From Firmicutes bacterium UBA2203 (lineage in GTDB: Bacteria; Bacillota; Desulfotomaculia; Desulfotomaculales; Nap2-2B), in assembly GCA_002327235.1 (NCBI GenBank), contig DCUX01000005.1, positions 1,542 through 65,541 of the forward strand: 64,000 nt of DNA. Reading direction: 5' to 3'. Position numbers and translations under genes: made by a program. Within the stretch, counting starts at the first letter, position 1. Every line of letters starts with the position of its first letter. Under the pieces are notes generated by a model. That model saw only the letters and a list, made by a program, of their open reading frames with translations. It searched no databases and was not told the origin of the DNA. Shown in pieces: positions 30,184-41,654 of the stretch.

Positions 30184-30256
30184 TGCACATCACGATGAAA
30201 TCGATCATTGATTCCGAAATGAATCGACTACTTATTCCGAAGTGGAAGCGGCCACT
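30184..30256 (+). mobile_element. Isolated IS21-family terminal region (no transposase)
   Basis: Starts TG; three imperfect ~21-24-bp units: ATCACGATGAAATCGATCATT / GATTCCGAAATGAATCGACTACT / TATTCCGAAGTGGAAGCGGCCACT. Confidence 0.6.
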
Positions 30257-30281
30257 TTTTTTAAAATTTTAAGATGCGCAG

Positions 30282-32731
30282 TTATTCCTCGTCCCACTGC
30301 ATAACCTTCGCTCCCAACTGCAAAAGGGTTTCCTTTACCTTGCTGTCCAACGTGGTACGGTCAAAACCACCGGGAGTCTCGGCTTTGATTTCAATGGTAA
30401 TTTTCGGTTCCGCCCCGGGCATTTTTAAGGGCCTGATCACGCCAGTGACGATGGAAGAAAGTTTATCCCAGGGAACGCGGGCCTTTATCACAACCTTGCG
30501 CGGCCGCTTTTCTTTAAGTTGTATTTTATCCTCTGGTAACCTCCCTGGTTCCGCTTCAGGTTCTTCCTTCACCTCTTTGGTAACACCAGGGGTGGTTTGT
30601 CCCTCATCCTCCGGTTTTCCGTAAGAAAACTTTTTTCCTCGGCGGCCTTTTCCGGTCGTACCACCAGGGATTCGAGTTCCGGATTTAAAAGAGGTTCCTG
30701 GAAAAACAACCTGTCTTCCGTGCAAACACCAAAAATGCCTTTTTTGGTTCCCTCATTAGCAGCTTTAAATAATACCTCCTCGCTTTCCAGGCAGGGAAAG
30801 CCGGGCGTTTTCAAAAAGAGCTCGTAAATCTCCCGGATGCTCTTTTCCTCTTCGTCCTGGCCTATGCCTCTCTCTAAATCCAGTTTTGGTGTTATGGCGG
30901 GCAGAATTGGCTTTTCGTCCTTGAGATAACGGAATACCCGTCCGGTAAGAGAACCTTCCCCGGTTGAGGGCAACCCCATATCCCGCCAGACAACGCCGCC
31001 GTTACCACCCCAGCCCACGTGACGGTAAGCATTTATGACCTGGAAAGGAATATCTTTTTCCACTTGCTTTAATTTATTCTGCAGTTCCTCGCGGGAAGCA
31101 GGTGCTAAAGATAAAGCGGTATCTTTTGCTATATCTCGCAAGGCGAGACACCGTCTGAGCTTTCCTTTTAACCCGGCGTAGGCGTCCTGATCTACCGCCA
31201 GAGCAAAAATAATGTTACGGTAAATCCGAAAAGTAGCCCCGGCTTTCTCCATAAGCTCCTTGGCAAAAGTCTTTGCCTCCGGCCTACCTTCCTTAAGACT
31301 GGGGTCAAAAACCACCAGTTTCAGCCGCCTGTTATCCGGTATGCCGGTCGCTTCCTGCGGCCACAGGTAGACCTCAAAAGGACCTTCTTTGGTCAACTTA
31401 TTCAGGTTTTCAGAAAGGATTTCCCGAATTTGACTTTCTTCAATCGTTTCTTCCCTGTCCGTGATGACTTTATTGAGATTTGGCTGGTTCTTAAAACTGT
31501 AGATGTGTTTTTCCGCGTGGAAATACCAGAGCGATTCTTCCAGTTTATTTACCGCTTCCCGCCTAATTGGAAGAAATGACAGGTTTACCAGCGATGACTG
31601 GATTAGGGGAGAGACAACCTTTCGTTCGTACAGATTGCCCACCACCTGGGCCAACAGCCTTAGAACTCCCCGCGTTCTTTGAAAAGTGGGGTATGACCCC
31701 CAGCGTTCGTACAAAACGTCGATAAACTCCGGGTGAAAAGGGTAAGCCCGCTCGATCTTTTCCCGGAAGGACATTTCTTTGACCTCACCTGGAACTTCGC
31801 TGCCCAGCCCCTGGTAGAGCTTGAAATATTCTTCTGCCACTTGGCGGTGAACGTTTTGGTTACCTAGGTCTTCAAATAGCCTCCTCCGGATCACTTCGTA
31901 GACTTCCATTCCCTCTACCGGGACGTAAATACTCTCTACCCTTCCGGAAATTTTCTGCAACTGGACAAGGGCCTTTTCGGCTTCTTCGTCGTAATGCTCC
32001 AGGATGCTTGCGGGAAGCGTCAAAACTAAAGCCGTTTTTTCCGAAGCGGCCGCCGACTCCGAAAGCTCTTGAAGAAACGCCAAGGTCTGGCCCTGGGTGA
32101 TTCTTTCCACCTTTTCCACCCGGTTGGCCTTAACAATATACTCCAACAACTCATCAATAAGAATAAGGGCCGGCCCGCAGCTCAAAAGGATTTCTTTGAG
32201 CCGTTCCTTGCCGGGTGCTACCCGCCGCATATCGTGGTCTTTAACTACTTCATAGGAACCAAGTTGATGGGCAATTTCCCCCCAAGGTGTCTTTCCCTTT
32301 ACGGGGTCGGCAGAAGTGCCCACGAAAGCCGCCACCCGCACTCCGCTAAACCCGGCAACTCCCATTACCAGTTCCTTCACCTGGTCAAGGTGATTTATCT
32401 CTGAAAAAGATTTTACTAAATGGTAAAGGGTGATCAGGGAGTGGGTCTTGCCGCCGCCGAAGGGGGTTAAAAGCTGAATTACGGGGTCGCCCCGGCCGGA
32501 AGTTAAGCGCTCTATTACGTTGCGGGCCAGGTTTTTCAACTCTGCCGCAAGGTATGTCTTGGCAAAAAAGAGGCGCGGGTCGCAGTACTCCTCTGGTGCC
32601 GTACCGCTTAACACGTCGCCTAGGTCGGCGGCAAAAACCGCCTCCGTGAAAGATTTTTCCCTAATGTTCTTGTGGGGCGTAACCACCTGCCACCAGGCTG
32701 GTAAGGTCATATTTTCCACCTCGCTAATCAT
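30282..32731 (-). pseudogene. DUF499 AAA+ ATPase (BrxC/PglY-like), frameshifted near the C-terminus
   Basis: FAADL, Walker A TPFGGGKTH, Walker B LILIDE, YPFHPE, FQRTRGVLRLL. The C-terminal domain continues in another frame (30282-~30640). Confidence 0.85.
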
Positions 32732-35698
32732 TTAAAAATCGAAGGACTGCTGCCCGCTACCGTTTGCTGTTTTTTGATAACTATTCCTTCCGTATAGAAA
32801 ACCTTGAATCATCTGCTTCTCTTTGTCTCCCTCCGGCAAAACGTCCGAAACCGCCTGGGCTAATTGCCAGAAGGCATTGTTTTGGAGGTTGCCTGACGAC
32901 TGCAGGATTTCGGTTATTTTTCTCCGCTGGTTCTTCTCCCACAGGAGAAGGCAGGCATGAAGGACATCCATCATTGGTAGATCAACCGTCATTAAGTCAA
33001 CCGAGGACGGTTGACTTACCTTCTCCAAAAACTTTCTGTCCCGCTCTTTCGGTCCTAAAACGCTAATGTATTCCTTGTCCTTTTTGATCAGTCCCCCGTT
33101 CCAGTACTGCTCCAGTTCAATGCCGCAGGCAGAAGCAAGCTTGCGCGCCTCGTCAAAAAGGACCCTTGTCCCGTTGTAAGTCCAACGCCAGAGGAGGTAG
33201 AAACGGGCGGTGGCGTCAATACCGCCCAGGTTGCCGTTTTTAAGAATCCTGGCCAGGGCGTACTCACTCACTGTCTTGCGGACAAACTCCAGCAACTCTT
33301 GCGCCGCCACTTCTTCGCCTGCGTAAGTCTCCACCGTCTCAAAACGGCCGAAAACCTCCAGGGCCGGGCCGATGGCAGCAATAAAAAAGTCACTGCCGCC
33401 GATCCCCTCATTCCAGAACTGGTCAAGTTTTTGTCTGATCTTTTCTTCTACCAAGGGTTTAATCTCGTTATAATAGGCTGTTTCTCTGGTGGTGCGCTTC
33501 CGGCAAACCATATAGATAGAAGAGGCCAGGGCTGCTGATTCTTTGGCCCGGAGGCGGGCCTGCATTTCAGTATGTAAGGGCCAGGAAGCGGTAAGATAAA
33601 GGCCGGAGTTTAAAAGCGCATTGATGATGGTCTCCCAGGCGGCGGTGGTTTTATGGGCAAAGACAATAACGGCAATACCTTCGGGTTTCAAGACCCGGCG
33701 AATTTCGGAAAAGGCCTTTGTAATCTTCTCCTCAAAGAAACTTTTGTCTTTCACCCTTATTTCTGTATCTTGTGCTGCCTTTTGTTTTTCCATACCTCTA
33801 AGCAAAGAAAGGCTATCAATAATTTCTTCTGTCTTCGGAGTTAACGGGGTCGCAAAGAATTCAGGATACAAGTCCGTCACTGTTCGTTTAAGCCAGACGT
33901 AGAAGAAGTCCGAAAGGTAAGAATAGGGTACGTTGTCGTAGTAAGGTGGGTCGGTTATTACGGCGTCGAAATAGTCGTTGGGATAGGGCAGAGACGTGGC
34001 GGAGGCTTGGGTGACGGTGGCGGGGTTGGAATTAATATATGAACAGTGGTCTAAAACTTTGAGGTAGTACTCAATGCCAGTTTCATAACTACCAGACGCT
34101 CCGCTAAATGGGTTAGCCTCTGTATAATCCCAAAGCATCGGCAAGGCTTGTCTCGAATAAAGTTGTTTGATTGCTTCAGAAGTATTTTCCCATCGAGCAA
34201 GTGAGTTTGTAAATGCCGCGGTCATATCCACCCCCAGCGCCAAATACGTCGCCACCGCCTTTGCATACTCCTCATCATAATAAATGGTAGGACAAGCGTC
34301 CTCGCTTGTCCTTGCCCCGTTTTTTATTGTCCTTCGAGAAGATTGGTTCTTTTGATCAACCGAGGACGGTTGACCTACCATCTTTTTGTATGCCTCCCGA
34401 ACCTTCTCCGCAAAGGTAATCAGGGCCAGTTTCTGACGGGTGTTGAAGAGATCGTCCCATTTAGTCATCCCATATAAAACCACAGGCGTGAAATTATAAT
34501 AAACTCCGCCTTTCTTATATTCTTTTCCTTCCGGTGTTAATATGATTTCATCTGGTACCGGGTCAAAGCCCCACTTATCCCACAGATCTTCCCGCTTCTG
34601 TTCCAGATACTTTTCGGCTTCAAGGAAAACCTTCATGTCCCTTTCCGTGGCCAGGCGGTAGGTCTTTCCCTGCCGGTCCGGGTGATGCAGTACCACCGCC
34701 ACCATCCGCTGGTCGGCCCGGCCCTCCTGAAACTGTTTCCGCACTTCTTTATCGGTCAGGCCACTGTTACAGCATGGGCAAAGTGCTTTAGCCCGGGCAA
34801 AGGTACCTTCCCCGGGGTCAAAGTCGATGGCCGCTCCTTCCACAATTTCAAATGTCAACCGAGACGGAGATGTCAACCGAGACGGAGATGTCAACCGAGA
34901 CGGTTGACCTACCATTTTATTTTCCGACGGGATAATTTTAAGGGCCACCTGCTTATTCTTTTTCTTGGCCAGCCAGGTCTGGCGCAGGAGAGGGATTTCC
35001 GCCCCGCAGGCCGGGTTAGAGCACTTCACCGTTCTTGACCAGATGTAGCCTACCGGAAGGCTACCGTTGGGGTCAGGAGGATAGAAGCGGCCGATCTCCT
35101 TGCGTGCTTCCTCCAAGACCCATTCTCCCCAGCATTTAACGTCTTCCAAAAGGGGGTTGACCTCACGCTCTATTTCACCCATCGGTGTCTTCTCTTTGCA
35201 CTTAACTAGCCCGCCGTATTTTTGGGGAAACTCTAAAGTGGCTTTTTCAATTAATACCGCCACCGGATTAAGGTCGGAAGCAAAGGTTTCGCAACCCAGG
35301 CGTATAGATTCGAGAGGAATTGCCCCACCGCCCGCAAAGGGGTCAAGAATTCGCGGGGGATTACCACCGTTGGCCTTGAGTATATCTTTCCTGGTCCGCT
35401 CAATATAATATTCTTTAAGTGAGTTTTCCCACTTGCACATTTCCTGGATGAATCCCGCCCGGGCAAGACGATCCTGTTCGTCTTTCGGCTTCGGAACAAG
35501 CGCCGCGTAAATGGTCGAGCGGGAGGCCGCCAGCGGTCGCCTGGCCCACCAGATGTGCAAAGTGGAGATGTGCCCGTGGCGGATATTTTTCTCGCGGGTT
35601 GATTCCTTACTAACTTCTTTAATCGGAAAGGTATCTTCAATAAAAGTTTTATCTGACAATTTAATCCCCTTATTTGAAAAACTTATTTTCGATTTCAT
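32732..35698 (-). CDS. DUF1156 amino-(adenine) DNA methyltransferase, intact
   Basis: [10 protein letters not shown], motif I DPFAGGG, CxxxxC/CxxC zinc segment, motif IV TDPPYYD. Confidence 0.92.
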   Translation of the reverse strand: MKSKISFSNKGIKLSDKTFIEDTFPIKEVSKESTREKNIRHGHISTLHIWWARRPLAASRSTIYAALVPKPKDEQDRLARAGFIQEMCKWENSLKEYYIERTRKDILKANGGNPPRILDPFAGGGAIPLESIRLGCETFASDLNPVAVLIEKATLEFPQKYGGLVKCKEKTPMGEIEREVNPLLEDVKCWGEWVLEEARKEIGRFYPPDPNGSLPVGYIWSRTVKCSNPACGAEIPLLRQTWLAKKKNKQVALKIIPSENKMVGQPSRLTSPSRLTSPSRLTFEIVEGAAIDFDPGEGTFARAKALCPCCNSGLTDKEVRKQFQEGRADQRMVAVVLHHPDRQGKTYRLATERDMKVFLEAEKYLEQKREDLWDKWGFDPVPDEIILTPEGKEYKKGGVYYNFTPVVLYGMTKWDDLFNTRQKLALITFAEKVREAYKKMVGQPSSVDQKNQSSRRTIKNGARTSEDACPTIYYDEEYAKAVATYLALGVDMTAAFTNSLARWENTSEAIKQLYSRQALPMLWDYTEANPFSGASGSYETGIEYYLKVLDHCSYINSNPATVTQASATSLPYPNDYFDAVITDPPYYDNVPYSYLSDFFYVWLKRTVTDLYPEFFATPLTPKTEEIIDSLSLLRGMEKQKAAQDTEIRVKDKSFFEEKITKAFSEIRRVLKPEGIAVIVFAHKTTAAWETIINALLNSGLYLTASWPLHTEMQARLRAKESAALASSIYMVCRKRTTRETAYYNEIKPLVEEKIRQKLDQFWNEGIGGSDFFIAAIGPALEVFGRFETVETYAGEEVAAQELLEFVRKTVSEYALARILKNGNLGGIDATARFYLLWRWTYNGTRVLFDEARKLASACGIELEQYWNGGLIKKDKEYISVLGPKERDRKFLEKVSQPSSVDLMTVDLPMMDVLHACLLLWEKNQRRKITEILQSSGNLQNNAFWQLAQAVSDVLPEGDKEKQMIQGFLYGRNSYQKTANGSGQQSFDF
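32976..33020. repeat. In-frame REP doublet (family A), 45 bp
   Basis: GGTAGATCAACCGTC...GTCAACCGAGGACGGTTGACTTACC; encodes [15 protein letters not shown]. Confidence 0.8.
34286..34379. repeat. In-frame REPIN: two inverted GTAG-REPs (family A)
   Basis: + strand GTAG-GACAAGCG-TCCT-CGCTTGTC and - strand GTAG-GTCAACCG-TCCT-CGGTTGA; encodes VGQPSSVD...TSEDACPT. Confidence 0.85.
34852..34913 (-). repeat. In-frame REP with 18-bp tandem amplification (family A)
   Basis: ATGTCAACCGAGACGGAG x2 plus ATGTCAACCGAGACGGTTGACCTACC; encodes [20 protein letters not shown]. Confidence 0.88.
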
Positions 35699-37013
35699 CC
35701 CTATTTAGTGACTCGATTTGTTTTTGAAGATTATTAAAACCTGCGGCATGAGCAAAATCTACAGTTAGTTTTTTTGCCAGTTTCTCAGGTGTTTCCGGCA
35801 ATAAAAAGTTTATTGAGTTTTTTATCAATATTTTATTTTTTGGCCCATACGTTCTATTAGAGGTAAAAGATGTAAACGGAGAAGTTAATAGGTTAATTGA
35901 CTTACCAGTTGAGTTAGATACTTGAAAAAATACGTTAACTTTTCCCTCTGTACAAAAGGCCTTTTGGTAACATTTCAAAACCTGCTCCCGAAGAAAGGTG
36001 TCGGTCAGGGAAAAAACAATCTCGAAAAATTTTCCTAAATTAAGAATAAGGTCATTGTGTCCGTATCCGGAAAGTCCCACCGTTCCCACCATATAACCTA
36101 GGGAAGAAAATAGTAATTCGTTTCTCCTTGTTTGAAATTTCTCATCTATTAAAGACGTAAAACGGATGCATTCCAGGCTCGACCTTATTTCCACTTCTTC
36201 TCTTGAATTAAAAACATCTCTCCAAGGAAAAATAGGGCTTTCATCCTTTTTTAACGAACCAAGAGGACCATTAACTGCACTTCTCAGTTCCCCCCTTTCT
36301 TTATCAGTCCACGGTTCCTCCTCGCAAAAACGCCGTTTGCGCATAAACAATCCCAAGGTAAACCAAATAAAGAGTTCTGCATTGGGGTGTAACTCATATC
36401 GTAATGCTTCGTTTCTTCTTTGAAAAAATTCATTATCTACCCTGCCTTCTGCTATTTCTAAAATATCATCCCAGGAAGGAAGGGTAATTTGCCGTCCTCT
36501 ACGAATAAAAGGCAGCCATTTATCTTCAGATATTTGGCACAGCAACGGGCGTTCGACTTTATCCGGATCTACCCGAATTATAAGGACCCCTTTATCTCCT
36601 TCAGGAGCTTTTACCATTAGTATTTCCGGAATCCAGTACGGCCTAATTTTACTACTGCATTTACCTTCAATGCTCAGCGTTAATCGATTAGCTTCCGATA
36701 CAGGTAGCGTCCCTATAGTACCGGGATAATCTCTCCGGCCTCCTTCAGGCTTGTCTTTTTCTTCTTCTATACCTATAAAAATCAAACCTCCGTTTGTATT
36801 TGCCGTCGCCACAATTTCCTTAACTACCTTTTCTGAAAAACTCCCCAGATTAGAAGCATTATCGGACCTCCAACCCTTGTACTCGACTTCTTCACGTTCT
36901 GGCAACCCACTTTCCGAGAAAACGCCAACAAACTCCTTTATATCTTGAAACTTGATTTCTGTAACAGGGGCATAAAGCAGTTTTTTAAACAAAGCACGCC
37001 AATTAGCAAACAC
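35670..37013 (-). CDS. Schlafen/AlbA_2 domain protein with unknown C-terminal domain
   Basis: [32 protein letters not shown] motif; GTG start with AGGAGG RBS. Confidence 0.82.
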   Translation of the reverse strand: MFANWRALFKKLLYAPVTEIKFQDIKEFVGVFSESGLPEREEVEYKGWRSDNASNLGSFSEKVVKEIVATANTNGGLIFIGIEEEKDKPEGGRRDYPGTIGTLPVSEANRLTLSIEGKCSSKIRPYWIPEILMVKAPEGDKGVLIIRVDPDKVERPLLCQISEDKWLPFIRRGRQITLPSWDDILEIAEGRVDNEFFQRRNEALRYELHPNAELFIWFTLGLFMRKRRFCEEEPWTDKERGELRSAVNGPLGSLKKDESPIFPWRDVFNSREEVEIRSSLECIRFTSLIDEKFQTRRNELLFSSLGYMVGTVGLSGYGHNDLILNLGKFFEIVFSLTDTFLREQVLKCYQKAFCTEGKVNVFFQVSNSTGKSINLLTSPFTSFTSNRTYGPKNKILIKNSINFLLPETPEKLAKKLTVDFAHAAGFNNLQKQIESLNRDEIENKFFK

Positions 37014-37035
37014 GTTTTTACCTCCTACAATTTGA

Positions 37036-40000
37036 TTATTTAACTTTCTGAGATAAGTTCCGCCAATCCCTCACCACATACCGCACAATCTCCACCACTT
37101 CCTCCGGCTTTAAGTTTTTTGCCGGGTTTTGCAGGGTGTATAGTGCCGGCGTAGTGGCGGCCTACTCAATAACGTACAGCCAATATTCGTCTCCTAGGCG
37201 GTTGGCCATCAGCCATTCGTTCGGCGTCAAGGCAATGGCGCCACTTTTTGCCCGGGCTTTTACCTCGATGTAGCGGCAATTCCCGGCCGCGTCAACCGAG
37301 CGGATGTCGTAACCCAGGGCCTGCGCCGAAACATCCTCAGGTTCCCTCCCTTGTTCCCGCTCATACCTCAAGGCCAGCTCCATCCCCACCCGCTCTATTG
37401 CTTCGTCGCCGGCCATCTCCTCCGGCAGGGACACTCCCGGCAAGACGCGGATAACGGCCAGGACGTCCGGTTCAGAAGGATAGAGGCTGGTCTGGGCGCG
37501 GAGCTCATCCTGCAGCCGGATTTTTTTCTGCTCCATTTCCTCCCTTTTGCGGCTCTGCTGGATAATCGTTACTTCCGGAATAGGCTCACCTTTTATCTTT
37601 CTCGTTTCATATCATAGTCGGCAATTTTGGCTTCGGACTCTAAAATCAAAGATTCAATGGACGCAAGTCCGTATTTTTCCTTAAGGGCAGCATCCCGCTG
37701 CCTTTGCTGCAATAACTCTTCCCGGTACGGAAGCAGTTGGTGATTCAAAGTAAAAGCAATCACGTTTTCTTTGGAAGCAGGCAGGACCTCCGTTTCCAGT
37801 TCAGGAGCAACGACAAGCGGAGCATTGACAAGCGAGGACGCTTGTCCTGCCAATCCTGCCGATCCTGCCTGTGGTTTGAGGTCCCAGAGCACCGAAGGGC
37901 TAACAGAATAAAACCTGCCGTCCACTGCCTGATGGATGCAGAGCAAGCGGCGGCCGGCAATTTCCCCTCGGCCATCTTTAATTTCGCCGATTAAAAACCA
38001 CAACAGCCCGTTCTTTCTGCCGTCAGGGTCGATAAAGACCGCGCCCCGGACGGCGTCCTGCCGGTATTTTTTAAAGACGGTCTCCAGCACAGCTTCCATT
38101 AAAGGGTGCCCCATCGTGATAAACTCGGCCTGGGCGTTAAAGGCTGCTTCTTTTTCGAAGGATGCCTTCAGGTATTCCCGATATGCCTCTCCGTATTTGA
38201 TTTTAAATTCGTACGGCTGGTTGCGCACCTCAAAGGGAACTGAACTCACCCGCCATAAACCATCCTGGCGTTTCTCGCATTTGATTTCGAGTTTCTGGGC
38301 CGCCCGCTGGAAGAACTTTTCAATGTACTCCGGCACCAGCCGGTTTTCCTTAGCCGTCCTTTGCTCGTCAATGATCCGGGAAAGGTCGAGGTGGCGGGTG
38401 GCCAGGGCCTCCATGGTCGCTTCCTTTACCCGGCGGATGGCCTCTTCGTCCGGCACCCGCTCTATCTCGGCCAGGATTTCCTCCATTGTTCGCTTGCCAG
38501 CAATTGCTTCCAGAATAAGGTCTTTTAAGCTTGCCCCCGGTAGGATGTCGCCAATAACGTCAAAAACCCGGTCAGAACCCAGGTGCTCTCGCATGCGGTT
38601 CAGTTTCTCAAAAAGTTTTTCTAAAATTCTTCCTTCCCGGGTACCGGCGGCTACCAGATTATAAATATGCACTTCGTTACGCTGCCCGTAGCGGTGGATG
38701 CGGCCCATCCTCTGCTCCAGACGGTTAGGGTTCCAGGGGATATCGTAATTCACCATCAACCAACAGAATTGGAGGTTGATTCCTTCTCCTGCCGCCTCGG
38801 TAGCCACCATTACCTGGGCGCGGTTTTTAAATTCGTGCTCTGCCCGGATGCGGGCGTCCATACCCATGCCGCCGTGAACAATAGTAACCGTGTATCCCCA
38901 CTTTTTGCCGATTTTTTCGGCCAGGTACTCCAGCGTGTCCCTTGATTCGGTAAAAATGAGGAGTTTAGTGCCGGTCTCCCGCAATCTTTCTTCTTCAATC
39001 ACTTCTCTTAATCGGTTCAGCTTGGTTTCGATTTCTTGCTTTTCCACTTCTTTGGCCAGGAGGACGAGCTCATCGAGCTTTTCAATCTCTTCTTTCAACT
39101 CCTCCAAAGTTTCTGCGGAAGTAAGCTTTTCTAAAAGCTCCTCTTCTTTTTGCCAGCGAAGGTCCTCTTCCAGGTCTTCCAGGTAATCTTCAGTGTAGTC
39201 CAGGTCCTGGAGCAATTGCCCCTTTTTGTACAGTTCCTGCAACCGGTCCCGGCGGCGCTCCAGCGACTTGCGGACGGCCCTGACGCTGGAGGCCAGCCTG
39301 CGCTGAAGGATGGTTAGAGCAAAGGCGACATTGCGTTTTTCTTTCTGGAGGGCTTTATTGAAGTTTTGCTCCACATAGGTGGTTACGGTATTATAAAGTT
39401 CCATTTCAGCTTCGCTCAGCTTGTATTTGACGGTCTCTACTTGACGGGGCGGAAGAAGTGGTACATTATCAAGGTCCCTTAAATCCTCCTTGAGCCGCCT
39501 CAAGAAAAGGGGGTTATCTTTGTTTTGAATGGAAGCAGCCAACATTTCCGAATTGGCAAAAAAACCAGGCTGCAGGAGGTCCAGGAACAAACGGAAATTC
39601 TCCGGGTCCCCGCGATGGGGCGTGGCCGTCAGGAAAAGAAGGTATTTGGTTATCTGGGAGATCAGTTCGCCAAACTGGTAGCGGACCGTCTTGCTGATTT
39701 TATCGCCGTACCGGTAGGCGGACATTTTGTGGGCCTCGTCCACAATCACCAGGTCCCAGGAAGAATCCTTTAAGGCAAACATTACGTTTTCCTGTTTGGC
39801 AAAATCCAGGGAGGTGATGATCTGGTGATTTTCGGTCCAGATGTTCTGCCCCCAACTGGCGTTCATCACCCCGCGGTCGACAATTAGAAATTTCTCCTGA
39901 AAACGCTCTTTCATTTCCCTGAGCCACTGGTCTTTTAAGTGACCGGGAACGACGATTAGAACGCGGTTGACCAGACCCCGGTACTTTAACTCTTTAAAGA

Positions 40001-40412
40001 GAAGCCCGGCCATAATGGTTTTCCCCGCACCGGGGTCGTCGGCCAAAAGAAAGCGGATGTTTGAGTTTTTCAGGATATGGTGATACACCGCTTCGATCTG
40101 GTGCGGCAGCGGGTGAATCTGGGAAACGCTTATCCCTTATAGGGGGTCGAACTGGAAAGCGTTACGGATGCGCGTGCCCTCCAGAAATAGGAAGACGTGT
40201 TCGGCCTCACCGGTAAACTCAAGGTGCTGCCCTGAAGATTTGGAAAGAGCGGCCAGTTCGGCAGGACCGAGGATGGGGTCGTAATATTTTTTTGAGTGAA
40301 GGCCAACAGCCTCAATTTTGGTCAGTTCCGGGCTGATGGCCCTGAACGCCAGAACCTTTACCGGTTCAGAGAAAATCGGACCCGTTACGATATCTCCTGG
40401 CTGTAAACTCAC
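37036..40412 (-). pseudogene. SNF2-family helicase with C-terminal DUF3883 (NOV-C) nuclease-like domain; three lesions
   Basis: LLADDPGAGKT, DEAH, TATPH, EAAGEGINLQ, QRMGRIHR; DUF3883 GYDIRS...IEVKAR. In-frame TAA at 40137-40139, frameshift near 37593 and in-frame TAG at 37162-37164; the frame continues to TAA at 37036. Confidence 0.88.
37812..37851 (-). repeat. In-frame REP remnant (family A) in the helicase linker
   Basis: - strand GGCAG-GACAAGCG-TCCT-CGCTTGTC plus an extra CCGCTTGTC half; encodes AGQASSLVNAPLV. Confidence 0.78.
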
Positions 40413-40752
40413 TTTTTTACCTCCGACTCGCTTAACTCTCTAAAATAACCTGTTCTTTTAAGAAACATGTTCTTTTGCCGGCTCAACGGCTAATGATTCG
40501 GCAGTGTAGCTTTTAGGTAAGGTAAGATTTCAACATATTTCCCCTTTTTTTAGAATTCGCCTTTTACGCGATTTTTCCTTTTTTGTTTTTCTCAATTTAT
40601 TGAAATACTCTTTGATGCCCTTATTGTCAAGACAATTTTTTTCAGCGATTAAAAACCTTGATATTAAAAAGTTTTATGTTTATATTATAAATAAAGAAAT
40701 AAAGGGAAGTTATTATCTAACGTTTAATTATTGTTCTTATAGGTGATAGGGT

Positions 40753-41619
40753 TTGCTTGAATTATTAGCACCGGCTAAAATAAACTTGTCTTTAAATATC
40801 ACCGGGATTCGTTCCGATGGCTATCACGAACTGGAAACAATTATGCAAACGGTTGCTTTGGCGGACCGGCTAGTTTTTAAGGCAAAGGATAAAGATATTT
40901 GTGTTTATTATGCTCCCGGCTTAACTCTTGCCAGTAAAGATGATTTAGTTTACCAAGCTGCTTGGTTGTTGCAAGAATATACGGGTTGCCGAAAGGGTAC
41001 TTATATTTTAATAGAAAAGCATATTCCGGTGGCGGCTGGTTTAGCAGGAGGTTCGGCGGATGCCGCGGCTACCTTAAAAGGGTTAAACCAGTTATGGGAC
41101 TTGGGCTTAACTAAGGCGCAAGTTCTGAGTTTGGGGGAGCGCTTGGGGGCAGATGTTCCTTTTTGTCTGACCGGGGGCACTGTTTTAGCCCGGGGTAAAG
41201 GAGAACAAATAATGGCTTTGCCTCCCTTACCGCCGTGGGGAGTAGTAATGGTAAATCCTTTTTTTAGCGTATCTACCGCCCAAGTATACCAAGCATATGA
41301 CCAAAGGAACTTAAAATGCCCGCCTTCAAATATTCGGGCTTTGATTAAAGCGGTAGAACAAAAAGACTTAAAGGGCGTTGCCGGCTTGCTTTATAACGCC
41401 TTGGAACTGGTTACCGCCTCAATTTATCCGGAGATTGCCCTGATTAAACAGGAGCTTATAGCAAAAACAGGAGCCTTAGGGGTAAATATGAGCGGCAGTG
41501 GACCTACCGTGTTTGGTTTATACCCGGATTTAGAAGCGGCAGAATTTGCGGCGGCCCAATTTATCAGGCGAAATAATTATCGTTTAAAAGCCAATTTGAT
41601 TAGTACCTATCTTAGTTAA
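40753..41619 (+). CDS. ispE: 4-diphosphocytidyl-2-C-methyl-D-erythritol kinase
   Basis: APAKINLSL, GYHELET, AGLAGGSADAA, MSGSGPTVFG. Confidence 0.96.
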   Translation: MLELLAPAKINLSLNITGIRSDGYHELETIMQTVALADRLVFKAKDKDICVYYAPGLTLASKDDLVYQAAWLLQEYTGCRKGTYILIEKHIPVAAGLAGGSADAAATLKGLNQLWDLGLTKAQVLSLGERLGADVPFCLTGGTVLARGKGEQIMALPPLPPWGVVMVNPFFSVSTAQVYQAYDQRNLKCPPSNIRALIKAVEQKDLKGVAGLLYNALELVTASIYPEIALIKQELIAKTGALGVNMSGSGPTVFGLYPDLEAAEFAAAQFIRRNNYRLKANLISTYLS

Positions 41620-41654
41620 AATATTTGGTCATTTAAAAAGGAGCAATATTAAAG

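Noticed and set aside
30625-30642. Programmed -1 frameshift at A AAA AAG in the DUF499 gene
   Set aside because: The zero-frame codons are GAA AAA AGT, so the heptamer is out of phase. Other lesions in the operon favour simple decay.
34852-34913. Possible CRISPR array
   Set aside because: The 18-bp units are directly adjacent with no spacers, lie in frame in a CDS, and no cas genes are present.
37162-37164. Pyrrolysine or amber read-through in DUF3883
   Set aside because: The same gene has a TAA nonsense codon and a frameshift, and no pyl genes are in the window.
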